Assembly: GCA_039815375.1 (NCBI GenBank)
Contig: JBCBZJ010000004.1
Span: 1-64,000 of the forward strand
Origin: Verrucomicrobiota bacterium
GTDB taxonomy: Bacteria; Verrucomicrobiota; Verrucomicrobiia; Opitutales; Coraliomargaritaceae
DNA length: 64,000 nucleotides
Reading direction: 5' to 3'
The position numbers and the translations under genes are program-made. Position 1 is the stretch's first letter; each line of letters starts with the position of its first letter. The notes below the pieces were generated by a model, which saw only the letters and a program-made list of their open reading frames with translations, was not told where the DNA came from and ran no database searches. Shown piece after piece: positions 1 through 9,627 of this stretch.

Positions 1-1
1 C

Positions 2-478
2 CTAGAGAGGCGCGAGAGTGGATCGCTCCCGATTACAGACCCCACGATGACTCGCTTTAATATCTCTCTCGATGAAGGAGTCGATATGGTTTTCTACGCT
101 ATGGAGCATGCTATCGGTGGCGAAATTTTTGTCCCGAAGATCCCCTCCTACAGCATTACGGACGTTGCCGAAGCAATTGCACCATCCTGCAAACAAGAGA
201 TTGTTGGAATACGACCAGGAGAAAAAATTCATGAAGAGATGATTACATCCAGTGATTCGCCTAACACGATAGAAGCAGACCACTACTACGTCATTGTACC
301 AAGCAAGATGGGTGTCCCTCAAACATCTGTTCTTACAGATTATCTCGATCACTATAACGCGACGAAGGTCTCTGAAAAGTTTTGCTACTCTTCTGGGGAT
401 AACACAGATTGGCTTAGTGTTGACCAGTTGCGCAAATTAATCGTAACCCACTGCGACCCAAATTTTTCTCCGCTCTAA
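2..478 (+). CDS. pseB: UDP-N-acetylglucosamine 4,6-dehydratase, C-terminal part (5' truncated by window)
   Basis: Frame open from base 2; LPITDPTMTRF, GEIFVPKIPS, GIRPGEKIHEEM motifs; directly upstream of pseC. Confidence 0.9.
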   Translation, partial: LERRESGSLPITDPTMTRFNISLDEGVDMVFYAMEHAIGGEIFVPKIPSYSITDVAEAIAPSCKQEIVGIRPGEKIHEEMITSSDSPNTIEADHYYVIVPSKMGVPQTSVLTDYLDHYNATKVSEKFCYSSGDNTDWLSVDQLRKLIVTHCDPNFSPL

Positions 479-484
479 AATCCA

Positions 485-1678
485 ATGGACCAACCGTTTC
501 TTCCATATGGGAAACAGACAATTGATCAGGAAGACATCGATGCAGTTTGCGCTTCACTCACTGCCGACTTCCTGACTTGCGGCCCCAAAGTAGAAGAATT
601 TGAGCAAGCCTTTGCTCAGCTTGTTGAAGCGAAACACGCGGTCGCAGTATGTAATGCTACAGCCGCATTACATTTAGCAATGCTTGTCGCTGGAGTCTCG
701 AATAGAGATCGAGTCGTCACGAGCCCAAACACATTTTTATCTTCGGCAAACTGCGCAGCATTTGTAGGGGCAACACCCGACTTTTGTGATATAGACTCTA
801 GCAGCTACACAATCTGCCCAGAATCGCTAGCGCGTGAATGGAAAAAAGATACCAAAGCAGTAATACCGGTCGCCTACGCTGGACAGTCTGCGGACATGCC
901 ATCAATCGCAAAAGTGGCGCGTGAGCGAGGTGCAGTTGTCATTGAGGACGCTTGCCATGGAACAGGAGGCGGCTTCGTTATTGATGAAAATCAATATAAA
1001 CTGGGCGGCCATCCTTGGGCCGACATGACGACATTTTCCTTTCACCCAGTTAAGTCACTTACGACTGGCGAGGGCGGTATGATAGTTACTGACAATGAGG
1101 AATACGCTCAAAAAGCCAGACTTCTCAGAACACACGGGGTAGTTCGCGATCCAATCTCTTTTGAAGGCTTGGGTTATGATAACGAAACAGGGCCATGGTA
1201 TTACGAGATGCAGGAACTTGGCTACAACTATCGAATAACTGACATCCAGTGCGCTCTCGGCCTAAGCCAGTTACGAAAACTTCCTGACTTCATAAAACGG
1301 CGTAGGGAAATTGTTTCGCAATATAACGAAGCATTCAGCGACCTAGCATGGCTAACCACGCCTAAATTACTTCGCACATCAGATAAAGACACGATCTCCT
1401 GGCACTTATACTCTGCTCAAATCGATTTTAATGCTCTCGGAAAGTCCCGAACCGAAGTAATGCAAATACTTCGCTCGAAAGGGATTGGCAGCCAAGTCCT
1501 ATATATTCCAGTCCACCTACAACCTCACTACCGTCAACAGTATGGCTACCTACCCGGAAAATGTCCAGTAGCTGAAGCATACTACGAACGAGCGCTCAGC
1601 CTACCGCTCTACCCTACCCTCAAATATGACGAAGTCGAACGAGTCATTCACGCGGTCCGAGAACTTGCTTACAACTAG
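485..1678 (+). CDS. pseC: DegT/DnrJ family PLP aminotransferase of the pseudaminic acid pathway
   Basis: LPYGKQTID, EDACH, FSFHPVKSLTTGEGG, GYNYRITDIQCALG. Confidence 0.9.
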   Translation: MDQPFLPYGKQTIDQEDIDAVCASLTADFLTCGPKVEEFEQAFAQLVEAKHAVAVCNATAALHLAMLVAGVSNRDRVVTSPNTFLSSANCAAFVGATPDFCDIDSSSYTICPESLAREWKKDTKAVIPVAYAGQSADMPSIAKVARERGAVVIEDACHGTGGGFVIDENQYKLGGHPWADMTTFSFHPVKSLTTGEGGMIVTDNEEYAQKARLLRTHGVVRDPISFEGLGYDNETGPWYYEMQELGYNYRITDIQCALGLSQLRKLPDFIKRRREIVSQYNEAFSDLAWLTTPKLLRTSDKDTISWHLYSAQIDFNALGKSRTEVMQILRSKGIGSQVLYIPVHLQPHYRQQYGYLPGKCPVAEAYYERALSLPLYPTLKYDEVERVIHAVRELAYN

Positions 1679-1681
1679 TCC

Positions 1682-2386
1682 ATGATAGTAGCAATCATCC
1701 CAGCAAGAGGTGGAAGTAAGCGAATCTCAGGAAAAAATATTCGCGATTTTCGAGGCAAACCAATGATTGCGTGGGCAATAACAGCTGCCCAAGACAGCGG
1801 TTGCTTTGATGAAATCGTAGTCTCAACAGACAGCGAAGAAATCGCATCAGTAGCTGAAAGTTTTGGGGCTTCGGTGCCTTTCATCCGCCCACAGCATCTT
1901 GCAGATGATCATACGCCTACAATTCCAGTGCTTCGACACGCGATAGACGAAATAAACAGCACCTCGAACACAGAAATCGCTATAGGATGTTGTATCTATG
2001 CCACCGCTCCATTTTTAACACCTAGCGCGTTAAGGGAAGGATTGGAAACACTCGAAAGCGATGACATGCTTGATTTCAGTTTTTCAGTCACAAGTTTTCC
2101 GTTCCCAATTCAACGAGCACTAGAAATTACCGACAGTGGGCGCGTAGAGATGATCTCTCCCAAATACGAACTAACCCGTTCGCAAGACCTTCCTGAACGT
2201 TATCACGATGCTGGCCAATTCTATTGGTTCCGTTCGAAGGGAATATTTAATAATAACGGTTTTTTTTCAGCCAAATCGGCCCCTGTGATTTTGGAGAGAA
2301 AATTTGTTCAAGACATCGACACATTAGAAGACTGGGAAGCTGCTGAAATAGCCCACGCACTATTGGAAAAGGCCCACGATTTATGA
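1682..2386 (+). CDS. pseF: Pseudaminic acid cytidylyltransferase
   Basis: AIIPARGGSKRI, RSQDL, DAGQFYW, QDIDT motifs; pse context. Confidence 0.9.
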   Translation: MIVAIIPARGGSKRISGKNIRDFRGKPMIAWAITAAQDSGCFDEIVVSTDSEEIASVAESFGASVPFIRPQHLADDHTPTIPVLRHAIDEINSTSNTEIAIGCCIYATAPFLTPSALREGLETLESDDMLDFSFSVTSFPFPIQRALEITDSGRVEMISPKYELTRSQDLPERYHDAGQFYWFRSKGIFNNNGFFSAKSAPVILERKFVQDIDTLEDWEAAEIAHALLEKAHDL

Positions 2387-4053
2387 AATCAGTGATCATT
2401 CGCGCAGACGGAGGTGGCATGATCGGAACAGGCCATATCATGCGAATGTTGGCCTTGGCACAAGCGATCAGGCGCAAGGGACAAAACGTAGTATTCGCGA
2501 CCGTCGCTTGTCCACCTAAGCTCGTCGAAAGATTGGAAAGCGCCAACCTAAACCATAGAAGACTAAAAGTAGAATCTGTAGGATCTACGTCTGACGCCGA
2601 ATCAACCATGGATCTAATAGAGGAGCTTGAAGCTCCTTGGGTCGTCCTAGATGGATATCACTTTGGCGTAGACTACCAAAACCGACTCGCCAAGACGGAC
2701 GCACAAGTGCTGTGTGTCGATGACCATCTCCACGGCAATGAATGGAATTGCGATGCAATCCTGAATCAAAACTTAGATGCGGAAATATGGGCTCACTACT
2801 CTAGCCAAAATCCAAACACACAAATGCTCTTGGGTTCTTCTTTCTGCCTACTCCGTGAAGAATTTCTGAAAGATAAGCCTTCAAAGAAGGGCTGGCAAAA
2901 AATCGAAAAACTACTCATCACTCTTGGAGGTTCAGACCCCGAGAATGCTAGCCTTAAAGTCCTAAATCTACTAGAGCAAACCGACTCTCCTTTTATTCAA
3001 ATCCGCCTAATCATCGGACCCGATAATCTGAATACTGAAACACTAAGAGCTTTCAAGACTCGACATGAAATCGACCTACTAAGTGACATTCATGATATGC
3101 CAGCGCAATATCAGTGGGCAGATGGAATCATTTCAGCTGGAGGAAGCACCTGCTGGGAATGGCTCCACCACAATCTACCAGGAGCAATTATAACCATTGC
3201 AGATAATCAAGAACCAATAGTCGAAGCGATCTGTAGTTCTCATAAATCAGCCCTATCTTTAGGTTGGTTCAACAAAATCGAACATCGGAAGAGTGAACTT
3301 CAAAATTGGTTAGAGAATCCAAGGGATGTCATTAACGAGGCCTACACTTCAACTCTTATTGATGGATTTGGAGCGGACCGCGTTGCCTCGCTTCTCACAG
3401 GTCAATTGAGGATTCATTTTCTAACACAAAAGGATGGTTGGATGTCACACCGTCTCCGAGAACTCATAGAGCAATCCAACTTGAGTCAGCACTCCCCAGA
3501 AATCTACTACGACACACAGGATCTCCCGAGGGGTGATTTGCTATTCATATTGTCATACTGGGGTCTTGTAGACTCTCGAACATTAGCAAAACATAGTCAC
3601 AACCTCGTCGTCCACGAAAGTGATCTCCCGAAAGGAAAGGGATGGTCTCCTCTAACATGGCAAATTATCGAAGGAAAGAATTCGATCCCATTCACGCTTT
3701 TCGAGGCAATCGAGAAAGTCGATGCGGGCGATATTTACGCACAGACCGAATTAGCTTTAAACGGAAACGAACTACTAGATGAACTCCACGAACTTCAAGT
3801 GAAAGAAACCATTAAGCTTTGTGAACATTTCGTAGATAAGTACCCAGCTGTCGTGACACAAAAACGACCTCAAAAAGGTAGGGATAGTTTCTATGAAAGA
3901 CGAACCCCTGCGTCAAGCGAACTGGATCCAACCTGCTCTATAGAAAAGCAGTTCGACCTATTACGAACAGTAGACAATCAGCTCTACCCTGCTTTTTTCT
4001 TTCATAGAGGCACAAAGTATATCCTTAGAATAAATCGCGCAGACAATGACTAA
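2383..4053 (+). CDS. pseG: PseG UDP-sugar hydrolase fused to a C-terminal formyltransferase-like domain
   Basis: RADGG..IGTGHIMR, LGGSD, SAGGSTCWE in N-terminus; HESDLPKGKGWSP and VDAGDIY in C-terminus. Confidence 0.85.
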   Translation: MKSVIIRADGGGMIGTGHIMRMLALAQAIRRKGQNVVFATVACPPKLVERLESANLNHRRLKVESVGSTSDAESTMDLIEELEAPWVVLDGYHFGVDYQNRLAKTDAQVLCVDDHLHGNEWNCDAILNQNLDAEIWAHYSSQNPNTQMLLGSSFCLLREEFLKDKPSKKGWQKIEKLLITLGGSDPENASLKVLNLLEQTDSPFIQIRLIIGPDNLNTETLRAFKTRHEIDLLSDIHDMPAQYQWADGIISAGGSTCWEWLHHNLPGAIITIADNQEPIVEAICSSHKSALSLGWFNKIEHRKSELQNWLENPRDVINEAYTSTLIDGFGADRVASLLTGQLRIHFLTQKDGWMSHRLRELIEQSNLSQHSPEIYYDTQDLPRGDLLFILSYWGLVDSRTLAKHSHNLVVHESDLPKGKGWSPLTWQIIEGKNSIPFTLFEAIEKVDAGDIYAQTELALNGNELLDELHELQVKETIKLCEHFVDKYPAVVTQKRPQKGRDSFYERRTPASSELDPTCSIEKQFDLLRTVDNQLYPAFFFHRGTKYILRINRADND

Positions 4054-4756
4054 GCATAGTAAAAAACCGATTATTCTAGCTGGATCACGCCCTTGGAATC
4101 GGGTGCAAATCCAAGAGTATCGCGAGTGGTCTGGCCGCAATATTATCGATGTTTCAACTCCAAAGGAACTTGAAGTAGCAATCAAGGAAATCGAAGAGCT
4201 TCGTCACATCTTCTTTCTACACTGGTCTTATATTGTTCCAGACGATATCACATCAAACTACGAATGCATCTGCTTCCATATGACAGACCTTCCTTTTGGA
4301 AGGGGAGGAAGCCCACTCCAGAACCTTATAGCAAGAGGCCATACAACAACGATGTTGACTGCATTAAGAATGGTCCGAGAAATCGACGCAGGTCCAGTCT
4401 ACCTGAAGAAACCGCTCAAAATAGATAAAGGTTCAGCTCTTGAGATATACAAAGAAGCTGGCGCTCTTTCCTGCGAGATGATCGAAGAAATATTAATAAA
4501 CGCGCCCTCTCCTATCCCACAGGTTGGTCAGGAAACTTCCTTTCGTCGTCGAACCCCAGAGCAAAGTGTCATTACAGAAACCAAAAACTTGCAAATGGTC
4601 CATGACCACATTCGGATGCTGGATGCTCCTGGCTATCCTGCGGCGTTCATTGAAATAAATGGGTTACGAATAGAGTTCAATAATTCGAAACTACTCTCAG
4701 ATAACACAATCGAAGCTACTGCTAAGATATCGGTCATATCACCTCCAACTTCCTAA
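4046..4756 (+). CDS. Formyltransferase (Fmt-like), probable sugar N-formyltransferase
   Basis: FHMTDLPFGRGGSPLQN, IDAGPVY, IRMLDAPGYP. Confidence 0.8.
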   Translation: MTKHSKKPIILAGSRPWNRVQIQEYREWSGRNIIDVSTPKELEVAIKEIEELRHIFFLHWSYIVPDDITSNYECICFHMTDLPFGRGGSPLQNLIARGHTTTMLTALRMVREIDAGPVYLKKPLKIDKGSALEIYKEAGALSCEMIEEILINAPSPIPQVGQETSFRRRTPEQSVITETKNLQMVHDHIRMLDAPGYPAAFIEINGLRIEFNNSKLLSDNTIEATAKISVISPPTS

Positions 4757-4760
4757 AGTA

Positions 4761-5813
4761 ATGTGCCAAACATTAGAGATAGAACAGCGTCTGATAGGCC
4801 CAGGCCATCCTACCTATTTTATTGCCGAAATATCAGCGAATCATCATCATAATATTCAGGAAGCAATCGATTTAATTGAGATCGCTTCCGAATGCGGAGC
4901 AGATGCAGTCAAGATCCAAACCTACACTCCCGACACAATGACAATTAATTGTGCGAACGAGCACTTTCAGCTGGGAGCAGGCACAATCTGGGAAGGGAAA
5001 AACCTATTTGAGCTATATGGCGAAGCCTACACCCCTTGGGATTGGACGGCCCAACTACAAAAGGCCGCTAAAGAAGCAAATATCACCTTATTCTCTACAC
5101 CCTTCGACGAATCCTCAGTCGATTTTTTAGAGGCCCACAAAGTCCCAGCGTATAAAATAGCTTCTTTCGAGCTCACTCACATCCCACTTCTTCGTAGAAT
5201 AGCACAGACAGGTCGCCCAATTATTCTTTCGACTGGAATGGGAACGCTAGATGAAATTGGGCTGGCAGTAGGGACTCTTCTCCAAAACGGCTGCACGCAG
5301 CTAGCGCTTCTCAAATGCACCAGTGCATATCCAGCCCCCCCGTCTGAAGCGAATTTGGTCAGAATCAAACATATGAGTGAATTTTTCGACCTACCAATAG
5401 GCCTATCGGACCACACCATGGGCACCACAATTCCTGCACTGGCCGTTACGCAAGGCGCCTGCATTGTAGAGAAGCACTTCACAAAATCTCGTTCAGTATC
5501 AGGTCCTGATAGCGAATTTTCACTTGAGCCGCACGAACTAAAAGAAACCATCATGGCAATACGCACGGCTGAACAAGCTCTTGGAGAAGTAACTTACGAA
5601 CTAACGGAAAAAGAAAAAAGTAGCAGAGTTTTTAGAAGGTCTATTTTCGTCACTACGGATATAAATAAAGGCGAACATTTGAGTATTGAAAATATTCGTA
5701 TCATTCGTCCTGGATATGGGATGGCACCAAAGCACTTTGACGAGGTTCTCGGTAGAAAAGCACGTATGAATATCGTGCGCGGAACACCCTTAACTCCAGA
5801 ACTCTTTGAATAG
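4761..5813 (+). CDS. pseI: Pseudaminic acid synthase (NeuB family)
   Basis: IAEISANH, KIASFE, GLSDHT, EKHFT, C-terminal SAF domain (IRPGYG). Confidence 0.9.
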   Translation: MCQTLEIEQRLIGPGHPTYFIAEISANHHHNIQEAIDLIEIASECGADAVKIQTYTPDTMTINCANEHFQLGAGTIWEGKNLFELYGEAYTPWDWTAQLQKAAKEANITLFSTPFDESSVDFLEAHKVPAYKIASFELTHIPLLRRIAQTGRPIILSTGMGTLDEIGLAVGTLLQNGCTQLALLKCTSAYPAPPSEANLVRIKHMSEFFDLPIGLSDHTMGTTIPALAVTQGACIVEKHFTKSRSVSGPDSEFSLEPHELKETIMAIRTAEQALGEVTYELTEKEKSSRVFRRSIFVTTDINKGEHLSIENIRIIRPGYGMAPKHFDEVLGRKARMNIVRGTPLTPELFE

Positions 5814-5831
5814 CGTAGTAGCTCTAGAGAA

Positions 5832-6512
5832 ATGAACAAAATTCTCATTGTAGCTGCCCACGCGGACGACGAAATATTGGGCTGTGGTGGAACAATCGCT
5901 TCACATCATGACAACGGGGATCAAGTATCAGTGGTCTTTCTCACTGACGGCGTGGGATCCAGGGACGACAGATCTGGAGATGGAACGGATCCAGCGGTCC
6001 GCGCCTCTGCAGCTGAGCAGGCACTATCTATAGTAGGAGCAAAGATTCTTGCTGCACTTGATTTACCAGACAATGCCACTGACTCATGCTCTCGTATCTC
6101 AATCACTCAAAGTCTTGAGAAAACTTTTTCTGACTACTCACCCGACATTATTTATACGCACCACGGAGGAGATCTCAATATTGACCACCGTCGAGCTCTA
6201 GAGAGTGTATTAACAACTTTTCGTCCTCAACGTTCACATTCCCCTCGGGCGATTTATTCTTTTGAAGTTGCATCAAGCACTGGATGGCAAGGCCAGTCTC
6301 TCTTTCAGCCCTTTGTTCCGAATCATTACGTCAACATTACAGATCAGCTGGAACGTAAATTAGAAGCACTTAATGTTTACGCAGAGGAGATGCGTCCTTT
6401 CCCCCATGCTAGATCTATAGAGGCACTTAAATACCTAGCTAGATTTAGAGGATCACAAGTTGGAGTAGAAGCAGCTGAAGCTTTCGCTCTAGAGCGAAGT
6501 ATCTCATTTTGA
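5832..6512 (+). CDS. PIG-L/LmbE family N-deacetylase
   Basis: AHADDEILGCGG and DLNIDH motifs. Confidence 0.85.
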   Translation: MNKILIVAAHADDEILGCGGTIASHHDNGDQVSVVFLTDGVGSRDDRSGDGTDPAVRASAAEQALSIVGAKILAALDLPDNATDSCSRISITQSLEKTFSDYSPDIIYTHHGGDLNIDHRRALESVLTTFRPQRSHSPRAIYSFEVASSTGWQGQSLFQPFVPNHYVNITDQLERKLEALNVYAEEMRPFPHARSIEALKYLARFRGSQVGVEAAEAFALERSISF

Positions 6513-6646
6513 AATCAAAATCGGCCAAATTGAAAAGACATAACTGGGCAAACTTGCCCAACTGCAGATTAGGTTAGAAACCGCCAAGAGAGATCCACAT
6601 ATATACTTATACTTCTTGTTGGAGCCTAAAAGTAAGTCTGATTGTT

Positions 6647-7357
6647 TTATACGCCAGCGAGCGTCGGCATAACATAGCCTGCTTTTTCCAATCGAGTCGC
6701 AATTCGATTTTTCAGACGCTCGAAGCGATTTCGTTTGCTCCGATGGTTAATTTGCCTGCTCAGGAGTTTGAAAGGCAGAAAATTGGCGTTTCCGAGTCCA
6801 TCGATCAGCACGAAGTGATTTCCATGCTCCTGACTGTAAGCGTAAACGAGGTTGCCTGCATTCATGTCACTGATCACCACGTCGCACGCTAGGATGTTCT
6901 CTAAGAATTTCTCGAGATCATGAAGCACAGCCTCATCGAAAGCACCGCTCGAAATCAGTGTGCCAATACTGGGAGCAAGCTTCCCATTTCGACCCAGAAC
7001 TGCTTTAGACACCAAACCCAGACCTAGGTCGGTCTCTACAACTCCGGCTACGGTTTGCAGGAAATACGGAGTCTTTCCCATAGACGCATAGACTGCTACA
7101 TATTCCTGAATTTCGCGAATAAAGGAGCGGTAAAAGCCATAACGGCGACGACGTTTCCGTAAGGGAGCATCGGGTCCATAGCGCGTGGACATCAAATCAG
7201 GGCGAAGGACCTTCACAAGCCATCTAGAGTCATTCGGATGCTCAAAAACCAGACGACTGTTACCTTTATTTAATGGAGTGAGGTTTGTGAGTTCGAGTTC
7301 AGCGTTTGATTTAGATTGCTCGGCCAAGTGAGCTCCCTCTTTCATGTTCATTTGCAT
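6647..7357 (-). CDS. YrbL family kinase-like protein
   Basis: KGNSRLVFEHP, VETDLGLGLV, ISDMNAGN, LIDGLG; exact start uncertain. Confidence 0.7.
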   Translation of the reverse strand: MQMNMKEGAHLAEQSKSNAELELTNLTPLNKGNSRLVFEHPNDSRWLVKVLRPDLMSTRYGPDAPLRKRRRRYGFYRSFIREIQEYVAVYASMGKTPYFLQTVAGVVETDLGLGLVSKAVLGRNGKLAPSIGTLISSGAFDEAVLHDLEKFLENILACDVVISDMNAGNLVYAYSQEHGNHFVLIDGLGNANFLPFKLLSRQINHRSKRNRFERLKNRIATRLEKAGYVMPTLAGV

Positions 7358-7559
7358 CTAAGTTAGTTCAGGAAGAAGCACTCCCTTCGTGAACGAGAGA
7401 TCATCCGAGAGTGTAGTGCGAGAAAGCAATTTCATTTTCTTGTGAATTCTACCAACCACGTTTGGATCATTCGATTCGCCTAAAGTAGCGGGGGCACACA
7501 AACCAACATTAATCTTTGAAAGAAAACAACTTATAGGCCTATCCATTAAAACCGCGCGT

Positions 7560-8501
7560 ATGCCACACATAAATATCATTGCACGAACGAATGGCGTCGG
7601 CCTCGACCAGGATGTCATTCTGGTTCGGGACCATCTCGAAAAGGCCGGTTTAGAGGTGAGTGTGAGCCACTGTCGCAGTATCCCACTCTGGTCGGGAATC
7701 TTTCCTAAAAAACCGCAATTCGATGCAAATGTTTTCTTGGAGCGTATCTTCTCGCGCTGGCTTCCCGCCGGAAAAATGAACTTTCTCATACCGAATCAGG
7801 AGCGCTTCCCGCGGCGTCATCTGAAGTATCTTAGCAACATCGATGTGGTCCTTTGCAAAACGCAACACGCCGAAGAAATCTTCTCAAAATATGCAGAAGC
7901 ACACACAATCGGCTTTAGCTCAGCTGACCGCTTGATTGCCGAAGCTCGACCAGACTACACATCATGTCTTCATCTCGCAGGCAAAAGCACTCTTAAAGGC
8001 ACAGAAACGCTACTCGAACTGTGGAAAAATCATCCTGATTGGCCGGTTTTGACACTCATTCAGTGCAAAGAGAATGCACCGAAGTCCGTTCCAGATAATG
8101 TGCGGCTTTTATCTCATTACCTCGCACCGGATGAGCTGACTAAAGAAATGAACCGACATGGCATACATCTATGCACTTCTCGATCGGAGGGCTGGGGGCA
8201 TTACATCGTCGAAGCCATGAGCGCTCAGGCAGTCGTCATCACAACAGATGCTCCACCGATGAACGAGCTCATTACGTCATCTACCGGTATACTAGTGCCT
8301 TATAGCAACGAGGAATCACGCCATTTGGGCAGAAACTTTTATGTGGATCCTAATGAACTAGCCCAAGCGCTAGACCGAGTCTTTGCACTTAGCTACAAAG
8401 ATAAGGTCGCCCTGGGAGGTTCCGCACGAGACTGGTTTGAATTCAACCACAAGACATTTGCTCGAAGCTTCCCAGAAGTCGTCAAATCTTTGTTATCCTA
8501 A
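7560..8501 (+). CDS. Glycosyltransferase (GT4-like)
   Basis: SRSEGWGHYIVEAMS, TTDAPPMNE. Confidence 0.8.
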   Translation: MPHINIIARTNGVGLDQDVILVRDHLEKAGLEVSVSHCRSIPLWSGIFPKKPQFDANVFLERIFSRWLPAGKMNFLIPNQERFPRRHLKYLSNIDVVLCKTQHAEEIFSKYAEAHTIGFSSADRLIAEARPDYTSCLHLAGKSTLKGTETLLELWKNHPDWPVLTLIQCKENAPKSVPDNVRLLSHYLAPDELTKEMNRHGIHLCTSRSEGWGHYIVEAMSAQAVVITTDAPPMNELITSSTGILVPYSNEESRHLGRNFYVDPNELAQALDRVFALSYKDKVALGGSARDWFEFNHKTFARSFPEVVKSLLS

Positions 8502-8502
8502 G

Positions 8503-9612
8503 ATGCCAAATTGCTCCTCAGACCAGATCGAACTGATACTAGGGAACTCGAACCGGAGATTCTCTGGAGTCACCTCGACCATGCTACAGGTGTTGGAACA
8601 TCAAAAGAAGCTGATCTCGGTCGCAGTGCTTGGTAAGCATCATTTACCTAAAGACGCTACAGCGTTAACCTTCTCTAAAGCGCTTAAGCTCTGCAACAGC
8701 CCATTGCCCGATGACAAGTCACGCATTTTCCACGCTCGTCGCAATCGAGAAGCGCTTCATGCTCTAGTACTTAAAAAGCTATCACGCACACAAATCAAGA
8801 TAGCCTTCACCTCAACAGCTCAACGCCACCACTCGTGGATCACTCGCTGGATCCTGAGGAAAGCAGATGCGGTGCTGACAACTTCCTCTGCAGCAAACGC
8901 TTACATTAAAGGAGGGGCCGATCTCATCTGCCCACACGGAGTTGATCTGAAACGGTACTATCCTAGCGAAAACCGTTCAGCACTTTGGAAGAAGCTTGGA
9001 TTCCCTGGAAAGTATGGCATCGGTATTTTTGGTCGGGTCCGACACCAGAAAGGTATCGATGTCCTGATTGATGCCTCCATCCCACTGCTTTCGAAGTATC
9101 CAGATTTTACAGTAGTCATTTGCGGGGAAACGACACCCGCGTATGCGAAGTATTTGCAGGAGTTAAAGTCTAAGATCTCTGCCGCGGGACTGGAGAATCG
9201 CTTTGTTTTCCTTGGAGAAAGGCCTTTTTCAGAGCTACCCGAGTTGTTCCGTGCAATGCACCTGGTTGCAGCATTGAGTCGAAACGAAGGTTTCGGACTA
9301 ACCGTGCTCGAAGCGATGGCTAGCGGAACGGCGGTGCTCGCCTCCGAGACAGGCGCCTGGAAGGACATTGTACGTCCAGGAACCACGGGCTTCATCGTTC
9401 CATGTGGTAATGTCGAGGCCACGCAAGAGTCGCTTGAAACTCTACTTAATGACATCGGCTTTCTGGAGTCTTTGGGCAAAAACGGCAGGCACTTAGCCGA
9501 AACGCAACACACTCTAGAGCATGAAGCGAAGACCATTACCGAGTTCTTTCGTAGTTTACAGACCCCTGACTCAGTAAATGGGGACCAAAGTCCGAGAAAG
9601 CAGAGGACTTAA
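8503..9612 (+). CDS. Glycosyltransferase family 4, LpcC-like LPS core transferase
   Basis: RRFSGVTST, FHARRN, GRVRHQKG, EGFGLTVLEAMASG; ATG at 8503 follows the upstream stop. Confidence 0.8.
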   Translation: MPNCSSDQIELILGNSNRRFSGVTSTMLQVLEHQKKLISVAVLGKHHLPKDATALTFSKALKLCNSPLPDDKSRIFHARRNREALHALVLKKLSRTQIKIAFTSTAQRHHSWITRWILRKADAVLTTSSAANAYIKGGADLICPHGVDLKRYYPSENRSALWKKLGFPGKYGIGIFGRVRHQKGIDVLIDASIPLLSKYPDFTVVICGETTPAYAKYLQELKSKISAAGLENRFVFLGERPFSELPELFRAMHLVAALSRNEGFGLTVLEAMASGTAVLASETGAWKDIVRPGTTGFIVPCGNVEATQESLETLLNDIGFLESLGKNGRHLAETQHTLEHEAKTITEFFRSLQTPDSVNGDQSPRKQRT

Positions 9613-9627
9613 ACCATCGTAAACGAG

